Made by a program: the position numbers and the translations under genes
Notes under the pieces: generated by a model
What the model saw: only the letters and a program-made list of their open reading frames with translations
Told to the model about the DNA's origin: nothing
The model's database searches: none
NCBI RefSeq assembly: GCF_006345805.1
Contig: NC_043011.1
Span: forward strand, 65,112,464 to 65,176,463
Direction: 5' to 3'
Length of the DNA stretch: 64,000 bases
Origin: Octopus sinensis
Lineage: Eukaryota
Shown: positions 41,640 to 55,640 of the stretch, in pieces
How the letters are laid out: each line of letters begins with the position of its first letter
Numbering within the stretch: the stretch's first letter is position 1

Positions 41640-42740
41640 AACCTTTTCTTCAAAATGTTTTATTCAATACGCAAAGTGATCAATTGAAATATAATCGATA
41701 AGTTGGAAACCATAATAATGTATTTAGTTGACATTCCGTCTGCAGTTTCCAATTCAGAAACTCTTTTTGGCATTGAACTAATGAGCTTTGTGATATCCTC
41801 TTGTCCATTCAATAATCGACACAATTCATCTTTAGATTTCGGTTTCTGTATGCTCTAAAGACTTTTAATCTGGCTCATGTCAGGAGATTGGCTCGGTCAA
41901 GGAAGCGTTTTGATCCCATTTCCTGTAAGCCATTTATGAGTGCTTTTCGCTGTGCGGCATGGAACCCCATCTTCCATGAACAAAACTCGTTATGTTATCG
42001 TGTAAATACATCTGAAGCAGTATTGCTTAAGTATTTCGATGTATTTTTCAGAAATTATGGTTCCAAAACATTCGACCATCTCAGAACGACCATTGCTTGT
42101 GACAGTTCCCCATACACTTACAGAGATACCGCTATGTTTAACAGTTATTTAGAGACTTTTCACATCAAATTCTTAATTGGGAAGACTTCAGACCCAAACA
42201 CGTCCACTGTCTGAAAATAATTCAAATCTGGATTCATCTGAGAACATCACTCTCTCCCAAATTGATCTGGATTTTTTTGACATCTACTTAGTTAATTTCT
42301 GTCTTTTCATGATATTAATTGATTGAAGGAGCGGTTTCCTTCTCGCTGCTCGTCCGTAATACCAAAGCTTATGCACATATGTAACACAAGCTCTTGGACT
42401 AACTTCTAACTGTTTTGCAATGTCAAATGCCTTCAAACAGGGTTCGTTTCTACAATTCTCTTAAAACAGCGTATCTTCGTTATCGAGTGCCCAGGTCAGC
42501 CGTGACGAGAATCTGTTGACTCTTGGCTTTTGAATTGCATTATGATTCTATTAACAGTATCAAGAGGAATTTGAAGATTGTCGGCAATTTCTCGCTGGGT
42601 AAAACCAGATAAAGTTTGCCCAACAATTCGACGTCTTTAAAAATCTGTGAGTTCTGCACAATATTGGGTGCGTGACATGGTTACTCTTTGCAAATGCTTA
42701 ATATAATGGCCCCTTGAATGAAAAAGAATAATTATATTTT
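41640..42740 (-). mobile_element. Tc1-like element remnant
   Basis: Minus strand SDESRFELFSDSGRVWV and other degenerate Tc1 motifs. Confidence 0.6.
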
Positions 42741-43564
42741 AAATTCCAGAACGCTGAAGACATATTAAGACGCTCAGAATATATGCATGTCTCTGTGTGC
42801 ACGCACACACACACACACACACACACATACATATATATATATGTGCTGAGTATATGCTAATTGACAAAAAGACGTAGATGGGTGTCTAAGCAAGAAAAAA
42901 TGTAAGGCTCGGGAATTGAGAGTCTTTTACAGTTCAAGCTTACGTTCTTCGACGGAAAGGAACGAAGAAACAAACAGGGGGAGAAAATATATAAGGTTTA
43001 ATAGCGAACGATTTATCATAGCGAATGCCGGACAAAGGGTACACTCTCTCCGTCTTCCCTTTCTCTTGGACTTTCTTCTGTCCTCTGTTTCACACGAAGA
43101 GCTTTGCTTGAACGTAAAGCTATCTTTTTTCCCTTCCCTGAGCCTCTGCTAATGCGTTGCGCGTAACACGTCCTTGCGTTGTTGTGTCTTGTCTTCTTGT
43201 TTTGGGGTGGAATTAATTATGTCTGTTTACATACACATATTTATATATATATGTGCGTCCCTTTTTGTGTCTCTAGCACTACGCTTCCTTACTTGGAAGC
43301 CTTTTATTATATTTCTCTCTCTCTATATATATATATATATATTTAAATATATATATACTCCATAAACACCAGTCGCGTTTTTCCCCCTCTATTCGCCCAC
43401 ATCGGGATCTTTCTTTCTTCTTTCTTCCTTCTCTTAAGCTTCCGACGAAGAGCTCCGCTCGAAACGTCATACCATCCTTCCTCCATTTTCCTGAGCGCCT
43501 AATAATAATAATACTGTAATTGTTCCACGTGTTGTTGTTTTTTCTGTTTTCCCGTTTGGATTAA

Positions 43565-43601
<37 letters not shown>

Positions 43602-43647
43602 ATCTATCACTCAACACGCAATATGTTGCCGCGTGCGTATACATATA

Positions 43648-43714
<67 letters not shown>

Positions 43715-44659
43715 CAGTTAAAATAAAAACGAAAATAAATAAATAGCCTTCTATTCTAGGGTTAACCTTGATTCTCTTACTGTATCTTTTTCTACCGATA
43801 ACTTAAGACCCTCTTATAGTTTTCCTTAGATCTTCCTTTTCTCCTAACACCCATTATAAATTCTAGTTGCTTTCATTTGAAAGCAAGGTGTGGTCAACGT
43901 TACAGTCTCTTAAGAATTTAATGTTTCTTCCACACTGACCTAGATTTTTGTCACCATAGAAATAGACTGACCTTTCTTTTTAGTGTCAATCCGTCTTTGT
44001 ACCTTTTACACCCCCAAAATCTTTTTCTCCTTCCGTTCTTTTCTCCAGCTAATCAGCTTCCTTGACCTACCCTAATACCATTCCTATCACTAAAGAAATT
44101 TTTTCTTGCAACAGTTACATGCGAACTTAATCGTGGTCTGACTGGCATCTTTCTTCATGTTTCCTGAAATTCATATCCACTACTTTATCGGTATATTTAC
44201 CTTCTCTGGGAGGTCACTAATTAATTTGAGAACTTTATATTGTTGGAAAGCATATATGAATTCAATCTTGATTTGCTTGGCATCTTGCTTCAAGTTCCTC
44301 AAACTCACATCTACAACTTTATCGGTATATTTACACTCTCTAAGATGTTAGTAATTGATTTGAGAACTCTACATTATTGGAAAACCTATATGAAATTAGC
44401 TGAAGATTACTTGACATATTATATTTGCTGTAATATTTGCAGCTTTAATAAATTGTTATAGTATGAAACAATTGTACTAAATTGCCGGATCCATTCTTGT
44501 TGCTTATTATTTTGGTATATATATATATATATATATATATGCTAATGTAAAACATGAGGGCTTCTGCAATTCTTTTTGCTACCGACGTAAGTTAGACAGA
44601 CAGTTTAAATTAAAGATCAACATAGTTTCATGATTTAAAAATCTTCTTTCATATCCAAG

Positions 44660-44759
44660 GTGTATCAAGTATATGCACGATGGACTTGTGTAAAAATGCC
44701 GGCGGATATTATTGGTGCAACACTTGTAAAGACAATGCAGCCGTGCGCCCTGTCCACGG
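44660..44759 (+). CDS. Gene C exon 2: (G)VSSICTMDLCKNAGGYYWCNTCKDNAAVRPVH(G)
   Basis: tcttctttcatatccaag| acceptor (AAG, less common), GG|gtaggt donor, 100 nt, open frame with four Cys. Confidence 0.8.
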
Positions 44760-47519
44760 GTAGGTATGGACAAATTAACTACTTCACACGTTTAATATTC
44801 TGAATAAAAATCCCTACACAATTACAGAACGTTTGCAGTAAAATTTTTAACGTAATATTTGACAACACTCCGACCTTTGTAAACTGATTTTACCCAATGT
44901 TACAAAGATTAATATGGTTTAGAAGTGAAGATGTAATCATGAAAATACAACGTAATTTTCAATGACTGAGGATGCGATTGGTTACATAGGAAAAAAAAGA
45001 AGGATTGGAATTGTCTGCTATTATTAGTAACATTAAAGGATCACGCTTGTTCTCCAATATTCAAGCATCTAAATATGAGAAACCGAAACTCGAATTTAAT
45101 CGTTGCCAATGAGCACGTATTTGGACGGATGACAATCTTTATGAAGAAGCATGATTGATTGTGTCCTTAGAAAAACGGCAAAACCACGGAAATAGGTGTT
45201 TTGCATAAAGGTATGAAACCGGATCTGCCGTTAAGAGACCGTTTTAGAACTGCTACAGAATGTTTTGTGGTTGTCCATTTGAAAGATGTCGGTTTTCATG
45301 CTTGTTCCCCCTTCACTGATTAATATGAAGAACCGAAAAGCGAGGTTAAGCTTTGCCAAAGAGATCGTAATTTAGAAGGATGACAATTGATTCTGTCTGT
45401 TCCTCAATGACAAATGCAAGATCAGTTTGTTTAGCTCCGGTAATAGGCAGGACATGAAACGGCTGATAAATGAAGGATTGCTCCCTAAATGCCTGAAGAT
45501 ATGAGTGAAACTTTCAGTTAGGCGTATAATGGTATGGTGAATGGGTTCTACGGCAGGTGCTGGGCAATTTATCAGGGTCCATACTAATGTGAATGAATCA
45601 TATATTGAATCATCCAACAAATTACGATAACAAATACTATTCTATATTTTCGACATAACGTGTTACGTACATTATGTGCATTGAACGGATAGCTGTTCTC
45701 ACCTCGTTTCTTGTTACTACAACGTCTTGATAGATGTACTTCCCAATATTCATCAGGGTTCTGGTGGAATTTAGAACCCTACTAATTCCGAAGCTATTAT
45801 TGTTTCTGTTGTTCCTTTTCTTAGTAGTGTGCGATCTTATCCACTTCGCTATATGCTCATCGGCATTTATGAAGCGAGTTTGTGGCTTATAGGCCTAAAC
45901 ACTTTTTGTTTTCTTGATATCAGTATTAGGTCTGCTTAAATGTTTACAGCGTCCTGACGTAAGTTCTGCCACTTTTAATATTCGTATTTTCTAATGGTTT
46001 TCTCTGCCTATTAATTTTACCTCATCCCAGAGGGGAAAGGTGGTGTCCGCTTAACCATACATGAACGGCTATGACTACGGTTCAGAGGCTACCCCATTGA
46101 TCAAATGCTGGATCATGTTCAAAATTCCACAATGACACCTGATGAAGACTGGAGAGTAAATCGGCCGAAAAGTGACTACAAACACTATGCAGACAAATAA
46201 TGTGTGTGAATCAAATTTCTTTGTCTGAAATATAACAACCTCCATTTTCTACATTGCTCATCCATCCCTCTGGTAGATTAGTAAGTCTCCTCTTTTAAAA
46301 TGTACTTGTCCGTGAAGAAATATACATTTCCAGTCTTTTTGTGGCCACGTCTACAGTATTCACTTTTTCTGTCCAAGTGACTTTGAATACTGCTGAATAA
46401 TTAATGATGAAATGGGGCAATGTCGGCGATAATGCTCGGTGCGGCATCGTCTCCCATCCCAACAGGTCCAACATTTGAACCAGCCTTATTCTGATGGAAG
46501 AATACATCTCGTCATGGAACCAAAGATCGTCGATTTTCTTCCAACGCTGACTTAAGCCCCTCGATTGCTTGCGATAGATGTCTTTTGTTATCGTAATGTT
46601 TGGGCTTGAATCTTCACAATGGAAATAAGTCCTTCAAACAATAGGTAAAGTCCTTGTTTTTGTCGACAATGCATCATAGAAACATCAATTGGGCTCCGGT
46701 TTTGAACATAAATGCATCATGACGCAATTCACCTTCACAGGCATTGGGAATCTTTAGACCGTATTGTTTGGCATTCGTAGCGTAAGGTCCAATGCACAAC
46801 ATTCAGTGTATGCGGGTGTGGTTCTGAGGACAGCGCATGTAATCAGTGTGACAAAATCAAACGTCATCGCGTTTGAAGTAATCACTAATCGTTGCAGCGT
46901 TATGCCCGCTTTCCCCTTCCCATTCGGCGTCAAACTCAACTCCAAGGCCTGTATCACGTGCCTGGTGGAGGTAGTGTAGCAGTGGGACAATAGGGTGTCT
47001 GCTGGAAGCAAGTATTCTACCAACAGGACTCCATACCCTGCCATACAAGCAGGAGAAAACAATCATGGCAGCCTTAAAATTTCTCCGACAATATCTACTC
47101 CAACTTCAGGCCACACAACGCCTCAGCATGTAGCCTATATGATTATCATGTGTTTTGAGCTGTTGAGCGACAGACAAAAAGACAGAACTCCTTATAACAC
47201 CCAATGAAGGGATTATGGCAGCATTGAACAACTTAACCAAGGACACATTCTACAAAAGCGGCATGTGATTCCAAGGTCACCAATGGCAATTATTATATTC
47301 AAGAAATGTACCCTTTGGCTTTTCAAGATATTTTTGTGTCAATTTGGGAAATATATCTTCTAAAATGAGGGATCAGAATTAATTCCAGTTGTGTATAATT
47401 TAGACGTCAATTTATTCACCCACACTGTATATATACATAGATACAGAACTGACTGCAATCAATGGACACATCATAATATGCCGTTTTATTTTTTATTCTT
47501 TTCTTTTCATGTTTCTAAG

Positions 47520-47589
47520 GTTATTTGGCTACGCTACATTAACAGCTATTCTACAGACACAAATTATTTTAACGGAAACTGTTATATGA
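47520..47589 (+). CDS. Gene C exon 3 coding part: LFGYATLTAILQTQIILTETVI* (protein 69 aa)
   Basis: Polypyrimidine tract and ctaag| acceptor; near-identical to A/B exon 3 with the stop shifted 4 codons downstream. Confidence 0.7.
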
Positions 47590-47873
47590 GAAGAATATTA
47601 TGATGAAACCGAGCCAATAAAAACTTTCTGGCGCTTAAAGAATGAAAAAGAGGCAATTATTTGAAGGATGTGAAATATTATTGTACTAAAAAAAGAAAAC
47701 TAATATTAGTTCAACTCATATGAATCGGCATCACGAGACAAATATTTTTGGAGAAACATTCGTCGAAAATATTAAACAGAGAAATATGATATTTTTTGCC
47801 AATTCAACTTAATTTTTATTATACTCTTTAATTTGTACTTATCAAAACATGTACATATTAAAACTATTAAACT

Positions 47874-47879
47874 AATAAA
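47874..47879 (+). terminator. Candidate polyadenylation signal, gene C
   Basis: AATAAA at the position homologous to the gene A site. Confidence 0.4.
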
Positions 47880-48425
47880 ACATTAAAAACATTATTAGTA
47901 TTATTTAGCATTTCTTATACTAAACATGATATAAAGAATATATACGTTTATGGCATATATATATTACTATTTAACCTCTATGAATTCTTGGATGGATAAA
48001 CTTCTAAGATTCAGCAAAACATTCAAAAATTATATATAATAGAACGAATTTTTTTTATTCATATAGTTAAATATATTTAATTATAATATTAGTAGTGTTC
48101 CATGCATTAAAACTGATTTGTCTAAAACAAATTACGGGAGCAATATATTTCCATAGTCTTAAGTATTGAACCTGGATAAGTACAGAATAGCATTTAAGTC
48201 TGGAAACGAGCAAGATGAAAGTATAGTTCTATATTTAAGTGTTAGGGAATTGTGTATTATTTACATTATTTATAATCGACGTTTATTTGTCCTTATCTTC
48301 TTTTTGTTGTGTATTGTTAACACAACGTTTCGGCTGATATACACTCCAACCTCCATTAGGTGTCTTGGGGGTAACTTCGAGTGTGGTTTCTCACCCCTAA
48401 GGTATTTTTATGCTATTATTATTAA

Positions 48426-48501
<76 letters not shown>

Positions 48502-48669
48502 GTTATTATTATGTTTTCCTTCGTTCTTGAAATTTTCTTCTGTTTTACGTCGAGTGTTTTCCATACACAGAGAAGGTCACTGTATGCATTTCCAGATTAC
48601 ACGCGTAAATTCACAGACAAAATATGTATGTAAAAATTAATAAATAAATAAATTTATGGATGGATGTTA

Positions 48670-49230
48670 TTTTCACAGTGATAGTGCTCTTCTCGGTACA
48701 TGAGCCTCTCCAGTTAATACGATTTTTTACACTTCCTGTAGGGATGGTAAGCCTGGAATCATTTTCAAATAGGTTTCAGTATCTTTTTTTTACCATTCTT
48801 AGAGATCCTACAATCACTGGTACTGTAGTCGTCTTGAGATGCCACATTTCTTCAATTTCTATTAGCAGGTCTTTATATTTACTAATCTTGTCAAATTCTT
48901 TCGCCGCTATATTGTGTTCACAGGGAATACTCATGTCAATTAATAAACACATCCTTTTTGTCTAATCTTTTATAATAATATCCGGTTTATTAGATGTTAT
49001 AGTCCTGTCGGTCTGCACGTGGAAGTCCCATAGAATCGACACATATACTTCCTCAGTCACAGCTTCAGGATGGTGTTTATACCATTTGTCAGTGGTTTTG
49101 ATTTCATAATGCCGACGTAATGTCCATTGTAATACTGGCCGACTCTGTCACGTCTAGCTTTATATTCTGCATGTCCTAAGACTCTACACCCTGAGATTAG
49201 GTGGTCTATTGTTTCAATCTTCAATATTAT
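48670..49230 (-). mobile_element. R4/Dong-like LINE 3' fragment, homologous to 16010-16600
   Basis: ETIDHLISGCRVLGHAEYKARRDRVGQY; shared end gtgatagtgctcttctc. Confidence 0.8.
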
Positions 49231-49279
49231 TATAATAATTAATTTTTTTATTATTATCATTATTTGTAATATTATTATA

Positions 49280-49324
<45 letters not shown>

Positions 49325-49344
49325 ATTATTATTATTATTATTCA

Positions 49345-50300
49345 GTAGTTTTATTTTTATAGCGTGCTTTCACTTCACTACCGAGCGCAGCTCTGTGTGC
49401 CCTGGGTATGTGCTGTGATTTGTTGTGATGCTCTGATGGTTATTGTATGGAAAGTGTTTTGCGTAGGATGTGTGTAGTGCCTAGTAGTGCAATTTTGTGT
49501 ATGTTATATGTGTTTGTAAGTCCTGGTGTTTTTGTTATGTATTTGTCTGAATATTTTTTATCATGCCTAATGCACCTACTATGATAGGAATTGTCTCTGT
49601 TTTCAGATTCCACATTCTAGTTACCTCTATTTCCAGGTCTTTGTATTTTGAGAGTTTCTCCATTTCTTTTAGAGACACGTTGTCATCTGCCGGTTTTGAT
49701 ACATCAATTACAAAGCATTTTTTTTCTTCGTGATCTCTGACAACTATATCTGGTCGGTTGGCCTTAATTTCTCTATCTGTGTGTATCGGCATATCCCAGA
49801 GTATGGTTGCTTTCTCGTTTTCTGTGACCTTTTCTGGTGTGTGCCTATACCATCTTTTTTCTGTTGTTATTCCATAATTTTGGCATAGCTTCCAATGTAT
49901 GTAGGTTCCAACTCTGTCATGTCTGTGACTATATTCCTTCTTAGCCAGGACTGGGCAGCTAGAGATAATATGATTTATTGTTTCTTGTCCATCTCCACAT
50001 ATTCTGCAGTTACTTGTAATATTTCTTTTCATTATATGTTTTTGTTAATTTCTGGTGGGGAGGCTTTGGTCTTGTGCTACAATTAAAAATCCCTCCATTT
50101 CTGCTTTGAGTCCTGAGCTTCTCAACCACTGCTGGGATTTTCTTTGTCTATTTCTTTTGCGTTTAGTGTAGTCCAGTATTTACCATGATGGGGCTTTTCT
50201 TGCCATCGTTTTATCATGGTTCGTTGCTGTTCTATTTTTAGTTTGGATTTCATTTCTTTTATAGCTTTTGTTGTTTCTTCATCTTCTTCTTCTTCTTCTT
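49345..50300 (-). mobile_element. R4/Dong-like LINE 3' portion, near-identical to 20860-21810
   Basis: MKRNITSNCRICGDGQETINHIISSC...ANRPDIVVRD; same truncation context after genes A and C. Confidence 0.9.
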
Positions 50301-50304
50301 CATG

Positions 50305-50361
<57 letters not shown>

Positions 50362-50363
50362 AA

Positions 50364-50427
<64 letters not shown>

Positions 50428-50596
50428 TTTTAATATTACTAGTATTATTATTATTATTAATATCATTATTATTATTATTATTATTGATTTATATATTATT
50501 ATTATTATTACATCCACTAAGTTCACAGTTCGATTCGAGGCAGTGACCCTAATAATAGTAATAATGATGATAATAATAATAATAATAATAATAATG

Positions 50597-50658
<62 letters not shown>

Positions 50659-51644
50659 TAATATTAATAATAATAATAATATTTAATAATAAAAATAATA
50701 ACAACAACAACATAAAAAATACCCCAAGAATGAGAACCCAGGTTGAAAATTACCCTCAGACACCTGATGAAATCTTGATAGTATATTCATTTGAAACGTT
50801 GTGTTATCAACAAACAAGATGAGGACAAATATTTGTGAAATATAAATAATTCTAATAACATAAATAATATAAGAAGAACATTAGCTGACAATTTTACTGC
50901 TAAAGTTAAAATTTGTTAAGTAAATTTCTAAAATTATTATTTTTCGTGAGTGCAATGAATTGTTCTAAATATATTTTTTGATTTCAATAGCAAATTTTAA
51001 AAATTGTTACGGATAATATATTTGATATAAATACGTATTTGTATTGAGCTTAAAATATTTTGCGAAATTAAATTTAAATGTTGAAGTGAATCGAATTGTT
51101 TTTGCGTGTCTTTTAAATGGTTTAGAAACACTTTCCACCTTGCAATTGTATTTGTTTCAGCACATGATCTCATATCGAGTCACTTGCTATGCAAATACAT
51201 TTCCATCAGTTTTGGTTTAGTTTTACTATTATATAAATATTTGTTTTAATTATAATTCAATTTCGAAATTCGTTATCAATTAATTTGAAATCCAGAATGC
51301 TGTGTTATTAAAAATGATATTTTCTATTTGCAGTTACAAGAATATTAAACACATTAAAGATAATAACGATTTTGTATGCAAAACGTAGAAAAACGTTAGT
51401 GTTTTAAAAAGAGGAATTTAGGGAATACAAGATTCAGTCAGGTTTAAATTTCGGTGATGGTATTCTTCAAACGTTCACGTCGGTGATGTCAAATGTTTAA
51501 TGTGTAATCTTCAATGCAATTATACATTTTACTCCAAATATAAATAGATACATAAGTATTTTAATTGAGATTTATTCGTAACAATAAGAATACCTGTATA
51601 AGCTTAAGGAAATATTTAATATATTGAGGTGAATAATTGTAATT

Positions 51645-52280
51645 ATGGAAACTACTAAGTGTGAATCTGAGGAGTCTAGAAGGGAAGAAATATCAGATAC
51701 GATACCGAAAATGATAGTACAGCCATCGTAAACAGCAGCGAAAACATATGTGTGTGGAATGCGTGGTAATACATTTTCTGAATATTGTCATTGAACTAAC
51801 CACAAATGTATTCGTGCAGCAAAGAAGGTACATCACTGTGGAGTCTTTTGCATTTCATTTCAGCGACATGATCAGTTAATTACTCACGTACCTATTCACA
51901 AGATTTTCGTAAACATATCAAAGTGATATCTGTAGTAAATCATTCGCTGGAAAATATGTCTTAACTAAATACGAACTGGAGAAAGACATTATCAATGAGA
52001 TATTCCGTGGCAAGTCTAGCTCTCTGGAATTAAACGATCTACTCATAGAGGATTTCATACCGCACGACAAACCATAGCCCTGTGTATCTACGGTAAGTTG
52101 TTCTCATTAGGAAATACCTTAATGCTCACAATGGTATTCATACAGGAGACAAACCATATTCACGTGACATCTGTGGTACATCATGCACTGAAAAATATCT
52201 CTTACGAAGTCTCAAACGTATACTTGCGATATCTGTGTGTAAACTGTGTTGAATCAACCACTAGAAGAGTATTCTTATAA
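51645..52280 (+). pseudogene. Decayed C2H2 zinc-finger gene
   Basis: Translates in pieces to YVCGMRGNTFSEYCH*TNHKCIR, HHCGVFCISFQRHDQLITHVPIH, YQSDICSKSF, TGERHYQ*DI and IHTGDKPYSRDICGTS (HTGDKPY at 52139-52159). Stops, frameshifts and lost Cys/His residues. Confidence 0.8.
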
Positions 52281-54789
52281 CAAACTTAGTTTGTGAAGTC
52301 TACTTTCCCCATGCTTAAATATTGTTTCTTCTTTACTTTTCCAGTTTTAACACAAGAATTGTATAGCATTGTGCACTGTTTACTTCATTTGTAGTTATAT
52401 TTATATAAATCTGAGTGTAGTGTATATATGTATGTATGCGGGGCTCATTATTTGTTATGCATATGTATTGCTGGTGAGTGTGTGCATGCATCTCTTTAGT
52501 GTGTGAAACAGTGTTTCTACAAAATTTATATTTATTCATTTGTGATATATGTTAAATCCATTACATGAATTATTTCTTATTTAAACGTGTTAATTATATC
52601 ACTTTTATCATAAGAAGTTCTTTTATTTCTCATATATCTACAAGTGTGAGTCAATGAATTACCATATTAAACCTGAAATAAATGAAATATAGCAGCACCT
52701 ATATTATTGTAATAACAACACATGCTACAATCAGTATAACTTTACTTATGACAATAATTTACAATTTCTCCTTATTTTCAATTTGAGGAAAGCCAATATT
52801 ATCAGTATAGTTATATGTTCGTTGATAACAACTTGATAACCGATGAGAAAAAACACTCGTGAAGTTAAAACGAAATTCTGAGCTTGGTAACATTATACAG
52901 AAATTCTGCCAAGAATATCCCGAGTAAATGGCTGGAAGCTTACAAGAAACAATGAAAAATATTTGTTCTTCATTGTTATTGTATCAACCCTTTAAAAATA
53001 CGAAGTTAATTAATTGGAAAAATTAAAAGCGTACAAAGACATTATCCCGAATGTCATAAATGTTCAAATATGAGCAAAAACATAAAACGAAAAGGTTTCT
53101 CCAGAGAAACTGAAAATTTAACACAGAGATAAACGAAGAAGACCATATATATAACACTCGATATATAGAATGATTAGCACAATGTAAATGACGTGATGCA
53201 TAAGAACACAGGAATACCATTGTGAAGGATGTCACGTAGAGCCACAAATATGTCAAACAACGTGGATTAAGTACATACGTCAATGCAACGTTCGAATTTG
53301 AAAATATTGGATTGGGAAGAATGTAATTTTGTTGGGGTTTTTTTAGTGTGAAATAAAAGTCAATTTATTCATAGAAAGTTTGAACTGAAATAAATTCCAT
53401 ATTTTCCATTTTGTTCAATGAACTTTTGCCATCTTTCTGGCATCGGTTTCAGGGCATCATCGATATTGAAAGTTTTATCAGTTCAAAAATTTGCAATCTT
53501 CGAAATAAATGGTCACATGATGATGAAGGTTATGTGGGGAACGGAAGAGAATTCCAATCCTAGCTCCAATAAAGTTTCTTGTATGAGAAAAGATGTGTGT
53601 TGTCTAGTGTTGTCAAGGAGGAACGCGATTCCTTTAAGATACGCCAATTCTGAAATTTTTGTTTGATTCCTGCATCCAGCCTCATTAGTAGTTGAGAGTA
53701 AACAGCTGAATTGGTCGTTTGGTTCCTAGGAAGCAGATCAAAGTACGCAATACTCTTGCGAACCCACCAAACTGACAGCATGACCAATTTTGGATGCAAA
53801 TCAACTTCCGATTTTGCTAGTGCTGGTTCATTACGCTTGGCCCATGATCCATTTAGATTGTTCTTTTTGCAGACTATCCTTGTTTCATCAGCAGAGATGA
53901 TGTTTCAAAACAAATTTCAATTTATTGCGTTCGAGAAGCATATTGAAAACACTGATTCCTTTTGTAAAATGAACCGCTTAATTAATTTTGAATTCCTGTG
54001 TTTCATACATTGAACCTCTCTCCATATCACTCGCAAACTTATATGACAATCAGATTCAAATATGGCCTTCAATCTGTCATCATCATCGTTAGTAGGTTAA
54101 CCAAATTGTTGTTCAACTTTCAGTGAAAAATCTCCAGAACGGACATTTTAAATACATTTTGCGCATGTGCCAATTCTATTAAGCAAACAACACCATATAA
54201 TCTTCAAATATCCCTTTGTGGACCTAGGCAACAGTCTTACCTTTACAGAAATAAAAATGCAAAATATGACAAAAACTCCATATGTCCTAACGCTTGTTGC
54301 CACCTCCCCCCAATTTTGTTAGAGCTGTGCAAAGATGTAAGGGGATTATTATTAGAAGTAGAAGTAGTAGTAAACCTATGCTGATAATTATTATGATTTC
54401 TGTTATTAGTATTAATTTTCTTTTCTTTCAATTAGTTTCCATGCCTTGAAGAGTGTCTTCTAAACACCTAGACACTCACATTCGTAGACAAAGTCACTCA
54501 CATTCGTAGGCCATTGGAATAAGCACAACAGACTTTTCATTTACAAAGTCATGCGATAAAATAAAATAAAATAAAATGACAGAGGGGAGACGTTAAAAGG
54601 AAAGATGACTACAGAAAGCAAATACGGGAGAAAAGGAAAGAAACATTGACAGCAAGAATGCTCTCGTCCGTACGTATGACGTACTATAAGAAAAGGTTTT
54701 TGCAGCATTTATGGCAAACCAGGTGTCATCTTCAAATAATTCCGTGTTGTCTGCTTCATCATTCAAAGTGCTCCTACAATTACGTGAAA

Positions 54790-55640
54790 TGTACCCCTTT
54801 TGAGATACCACATTCTATAGATTACAATCAGTAAACTTTTGTATTTTCTAAGCTTCTCTAATTCCTTGCTTGGGATATTACGTTCACAATATACGCTCAA
54901 CGCAATCAGTAAAGATATTATATTATTTTGGGTTTCACTACAATATACGGTTTTAAAGCGTTGATAGTCCGCTCTGTATGTACAGGAATGTCACAATGTA
55001 TCGTTACATTTTCTCTCTCAGTTACAGACTCTAGATGATGCTTGTAACATTTGTCAGCAATTTCATTTTATAATAGTGACATATCGTTGCATTTTTATCA
55101 CTTTGATTCTTCTTCATTTCTAATATTTTGGCCTGGCATTTCCCTGTTAATCATCTTTGAATTTGATCAGCTTAGATAAAGCCTTCACTTTCTACCTTTA
55201 GCCATGATCTCGGGAGCTACTGATGGTTGTATTTCTTGTGTACATCATTGTGTTTGCTACGGGCCACATATTTTCCATGCCTATATTTTTGCTCCCACCT
55301 ATCACTCATATGCCCTAACGCTTTTTTGCTTACCATTAATTTAAACTTCTTTGCAGCAATTGTGGTTGCACTTCCATCATGCTTTTAGGTCTGGATTTTA
55401 TGCATAAACTCAGTGAAGGTTTTGCTCACTCTTCTATGGCAGAGTGAAACTTCTTACATCTGAAGTGGATTTTAAGAATTCTATCATCACGCTGTTAATA
55501 TTTCCAAGATATTATTTAGTCCAATTGTTGGGCTTTGTAAGAGATTTCAAACTGGATCAATCCTAGACTTGCTTGGGCTCTAAGAAAGTTACAACTATGC
55601 TCGTCTGCCTTTGGAAGTTGCATCTTATTGCAAGTCATCA
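54790..55640 (-). mobile_element. Degraded Dong-like fragment, paralog of 375-1245
   Basis: Direct sequence match to the start of the window. Confidence 0.7.

Noticed and set aside
44175-44400. Two imperfect copies of an about 80-bp motif (actttatcggtatatttac...gagaact...ggaaa) about 138 bp apart
   Set aside because: Only two diverged copies with no coding or structural signal; a simple local duplication, not an array.
45945-45970. Candidate 9-nt micro-exon tttacag|CGTCCTGAC|gtaagt in gene C intron 2
   Set aside because: The donor is absent in A (gcaatt) and B, and it lies within a transposon remnant.
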